Notes under the pieces: model-generated | Databases searched by the model: none | The model's input: the letters and a program-made list of their open reading frames with translations, nothing else | What the model was told of the DNA's origin: nothing | Shown here: positions 61,905 to 64,000 of the stretch, piece by piece | Numbering within the stretch: the stretch's first letter is position 1 | How the letters are laid out: every line of letters starts with the position of its first letter | Translations under genes and position numbers: made by a program | NCBI GenBank assembly: GCA_965208835.1 | Contig: OZ242358.1 | Coordinates: 3,936,001-4,000,000, forward strand | Origin: Candidatus Latescibacterota bacterium | Lineage (GTDB): Bacteria > Latescibacterota > UBA2968 > GCA-2709665 | Reading direction: 5' to 3' | DNA: 64,000 bases

Positions 61905-62765
61905 ATGCTCGTTGAACGGATTGTAACCTACGGGCGGATGATCAAGTTTTCGCACAGCGTCTTCGCCCTTCCGTTTGCGTTCAGCGGCGCCGCGCTGGCG
62001 GCGCTGCAAGCGGAAGTCCGCCCGGTCCAGGTGTTCTGGATCGCCGTGGCGATGGTGGGGGCCAGGAGCGCCGCGATGGGGTTCAACCGGCTGGTGGACC
62101 GGGAGATGGACGCGGCGAATCCCAGAACCGCGGCGCGCGAACTGCCTCTGCGCCGGATCTCTCCAGGCGCCGTGCGCGTGCTGGTCGCGATTTCCTCCGC
62201 GGCGCTTATACTGGCGGCCTGGAGGCTGAATCCCCTGTGTTTCGCGCTATCGCCCGTGGCCCTGGGCATTGTCTTCTTCTATTCCTATACCAAACGGTTC
62301 ACGTGGGCCACGCAGTTCTTTCTCGGCCTCGCATTGTCGGTTGCGCCGATCGGCGCCTGGATCGCGATTGCCGGAAGCCTGGACGCGGAGATCCTGCTTC
62401 TGGGAGGCGCCGTATTGGCATGGGTGTCGGGATTCGATATCATCTACGCCTGCCAGGACGTCGAGTTTGACCGCGGCCATGGGGTTCGTTCGATTCCGCA
62501 ACGTTTCGGCGTGCTCCGGGGGCTCGCCATCGCCCGGGCCCTGCACGCGATTTCATTTCTTCTGATGGTCGCGGTGGGGGTGCGTTTCGGGCTGGGAGTC
62601 ATCTACGCGGCAGGACTCGTCGTCGTGGCGGGGTTGATGGTGTACGAGCACCGGCTCGTGAAGCCGGACGACTTTTCAAGACTGAGCGTGGCGTTCATGA
62701 ACGTGAATGCCGCGATCAGCGCCGTCTTTTTCGTCTTTACTCTGGGAGACGTGTTGTGGCGGTGA
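61905..62765 (+). CDS. mqnP: UbiA-family prenyltransferase (MqnP-like, futalosine pathway)
   Basis: IKFSHSVFALPFA, MGFNRLVDREMDAANPRT, YSYTKRFT and GFDIIYACQD. Confidence 0.85.
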   Translation: MLVERIVTYGRMIKFSHSVFALPFAFSGAALAALQAEVRPVQVFWIAVAMVGARSAAMGFNRLVDREMDAANPRTAARELPLRRISPGAVRVLVAISSAALILAAWRLNPLCFALSPVALGIVFFYSYTKRFTWATQFFLGLALSVAPIGAWIAIAGSLDAEILLLGGAVLAWVSGFDIIYACQDVEFDRGHGVRSIPQRFGVLRGLAIARALHAISFLLMVAVGVRFGLGVIYAAGLVVVAGLMVYEHRLVKPDDFSRLSVAFMNVNAAISAVFFVFTLGDVLWR

Positions 62766-63364
62766 ACCGGACAACGGTTGCGATAACCGGCGCCAGCGGG
62801 GCGATCTATGCGCTGCGCACCCTGCGCGCGCTGCTGATGAACGGAGATGAGGTTCATCTCATCGTCTCCGGATTCGGCTGGATGCTGCTTAGAGAGGAAG
62901 CGGGCTTCGAGGGAAAGCAGACTGAGCTTGAGAATTTCCTTGCGGACAGGTACGGCGCCGGAATTGCGAACGGACGCGTGATCGTCCACCAGATCGGCAA
63001 TATGGCGGCCCCGGTTGCCAGCGGATCCGTAGACCTGCGCGGCATGGTCGTCGTACCGTGTTCCATGAAGTACCTGTCGAACATCGCTCACGGCGCGTCG
63101 GGAAACCTGATCGAGCGGGCGGCGGACGTCACGCTCAAGGAACGGCGTCCACTGATACTGGTCCCCCGGGAAACGCCGATGAGCCTGATTCACCTTCGTA
63201 ACATGACCGCCGCCGCCGAGGCCGGCGCCGCCATCCTGCCGGCCATGCCGGCGTTTTACCAGAAGCCCGAGACCTTTGAGGACCTGGCGGATTTTATCGC
63301 GGGGCGGATCCTGAATCTTCTGGGCATGGAACACGACCTCTTCCCACCCTGGACAGGGCGGTAG
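62756..63364 (+). CDS. ubiX: Flavin prenyltransferase UbiX
   Basis: AITGASGAIY, ASGS, PCSM, RAADVTLKERR, PRETP and PAFY. Confidence 0.93.
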   Translation: MAVNRTTVAITGASGAIYALRTLRALLMNGDEVHLIVSGFGWMLLREEAGFEGKQTELENFLADRYGAGIANGRVIVHQIGNMAAPVASGSVDLRGMVVVPCSMKYLSNIAHGASGNLIERAADVTLKERRPLILVPRETPMSLIHLRNMTAAAEAGAAILPAMPAFYQKPETFEDLADFIAGRILNLLGMEHDLFPPWTGR

Positions 63365-63387
63365 CGTCCATACGCGGGGACGGACGA

Positions 63388-64000
63388 ATGACCACGGACC
63401 TGAAACGACATATCGAGGAAACCGCGCTGGTCGACTCCCACGAGCATCTGCGGAAGGAATCGGAGTGGCTGAACAACGGCCCGGACATCCTGCAGGACCT
63501 GTTCGGAAACTACGTCCCGGCCGATTTGCACACGGCCGGCGCACCTCCAGCCGCCATGAAGCGGTTGATGGACGCATCGGACGCCGACGTCGCCGGGCGA
63601 TTCAATGGGATCCGCGAAGCCTGGGAAGCGACGCAGTTTACCGGATACGGTGAGGCGGTTCGGCTGATTGCCAGGCATGTGTACGACATCGACGTCCTGA
63701 CCTCGGATGCGCTCACGGACGCCCAGGAAAGGATCGGCGCACTGCGGCAGCCCGGCGAACGCCTTCGCATGCTGCGCGATAAGGCAGGACTGGATCACGT
63801 CCAGACGGACGATTTCCAGTGGGCCTGCCTCCCCGACGCTTCCGGCCTCGATTTTTTCCTCTACGACCTCTCCTGGGCAGGGTTCTGCAACGGACAGATC
63901 GATCCGGAGCAGATTTGCGCTGAGACGAACGTCGAGGTGACTGGGCTCGACTCCCTCCGGCAGGCGATGGCGGGCATCTTTTCCAAGTACGCCGGATGCG
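63388..64000 (+). CDS. Amidohydrolase superfamily protein (runs off the right window edge)
   Basis: Manual translation MTTDLKRHIEETALVDSHEHL... with the DxHxH metal motif; open to the window end. Confidence 0.7.
   Translation, partial: MTTDLKRHIEETALVDSHEHLRKESEWLNNGPDILQDLFGNYVPADLHTAGAPPAAMKRLMDASDADVAGRFNGIREAWEATQFTGYGEAVRLIARHVYDIDVLTSDALTDAQERIGALRQPGERLRMLRDKAGLDHVQTDDFQWACLPDASGLDFFLYDLSWAGFCNGQIDPEQICAETNVEVTGLDSLRQAMAGIFSKYAGC

Overview
High-GC bacterial chromosome segment. The dockerin/EF-hand-like 'ADFDNDGVVGFSDFLLFA' protein, futalosine-type mqnP and several sulfatase-fold genes suggest an FCB-group organism such as Ca. Latescibacterota (inference only). It is mostly housekeeping: thiI, copA, thiL, His6-type hisA, arfB-like, rpsA-like, pyrD/pyrK, carB, nnrDE, gltX, glnS, prs, manA, mqnP/ubiX, two tRNA-Ser and tRNA-Gln. 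The standout is a minus-strand cluster at about 3.5-13.3 kb that looks like an unusual phage-shock-protein (Psp)-type envelope-stress system. It has a sigma-54 promoter with PspF-type upstream palindromes, pspA, three paralogous membrane proteins sharing one C-terminal coiled-coil motif, a STAS protein, an unannotated 58-aa membrane protein, an ECF sigma factor and NfeD-flotillin. It ends with a soluble TPR histidine kinase and a receiver-domain-fused PspF-like activator that lacks the PspA-binding Trp. Other notable items are carB interrupted by a single in-frame TGA, two MITE families (one supplies the same 'LTVR-stop' C-terminus to two unrelated genes), two Thr-nucleophile sulfatase-fold enzymes, a BNR-propeller/amidase fusion, and a PIN toxin-antitoxin pair with an operator palindrome. 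All calls are from motif recognition by eye; no searches were run.
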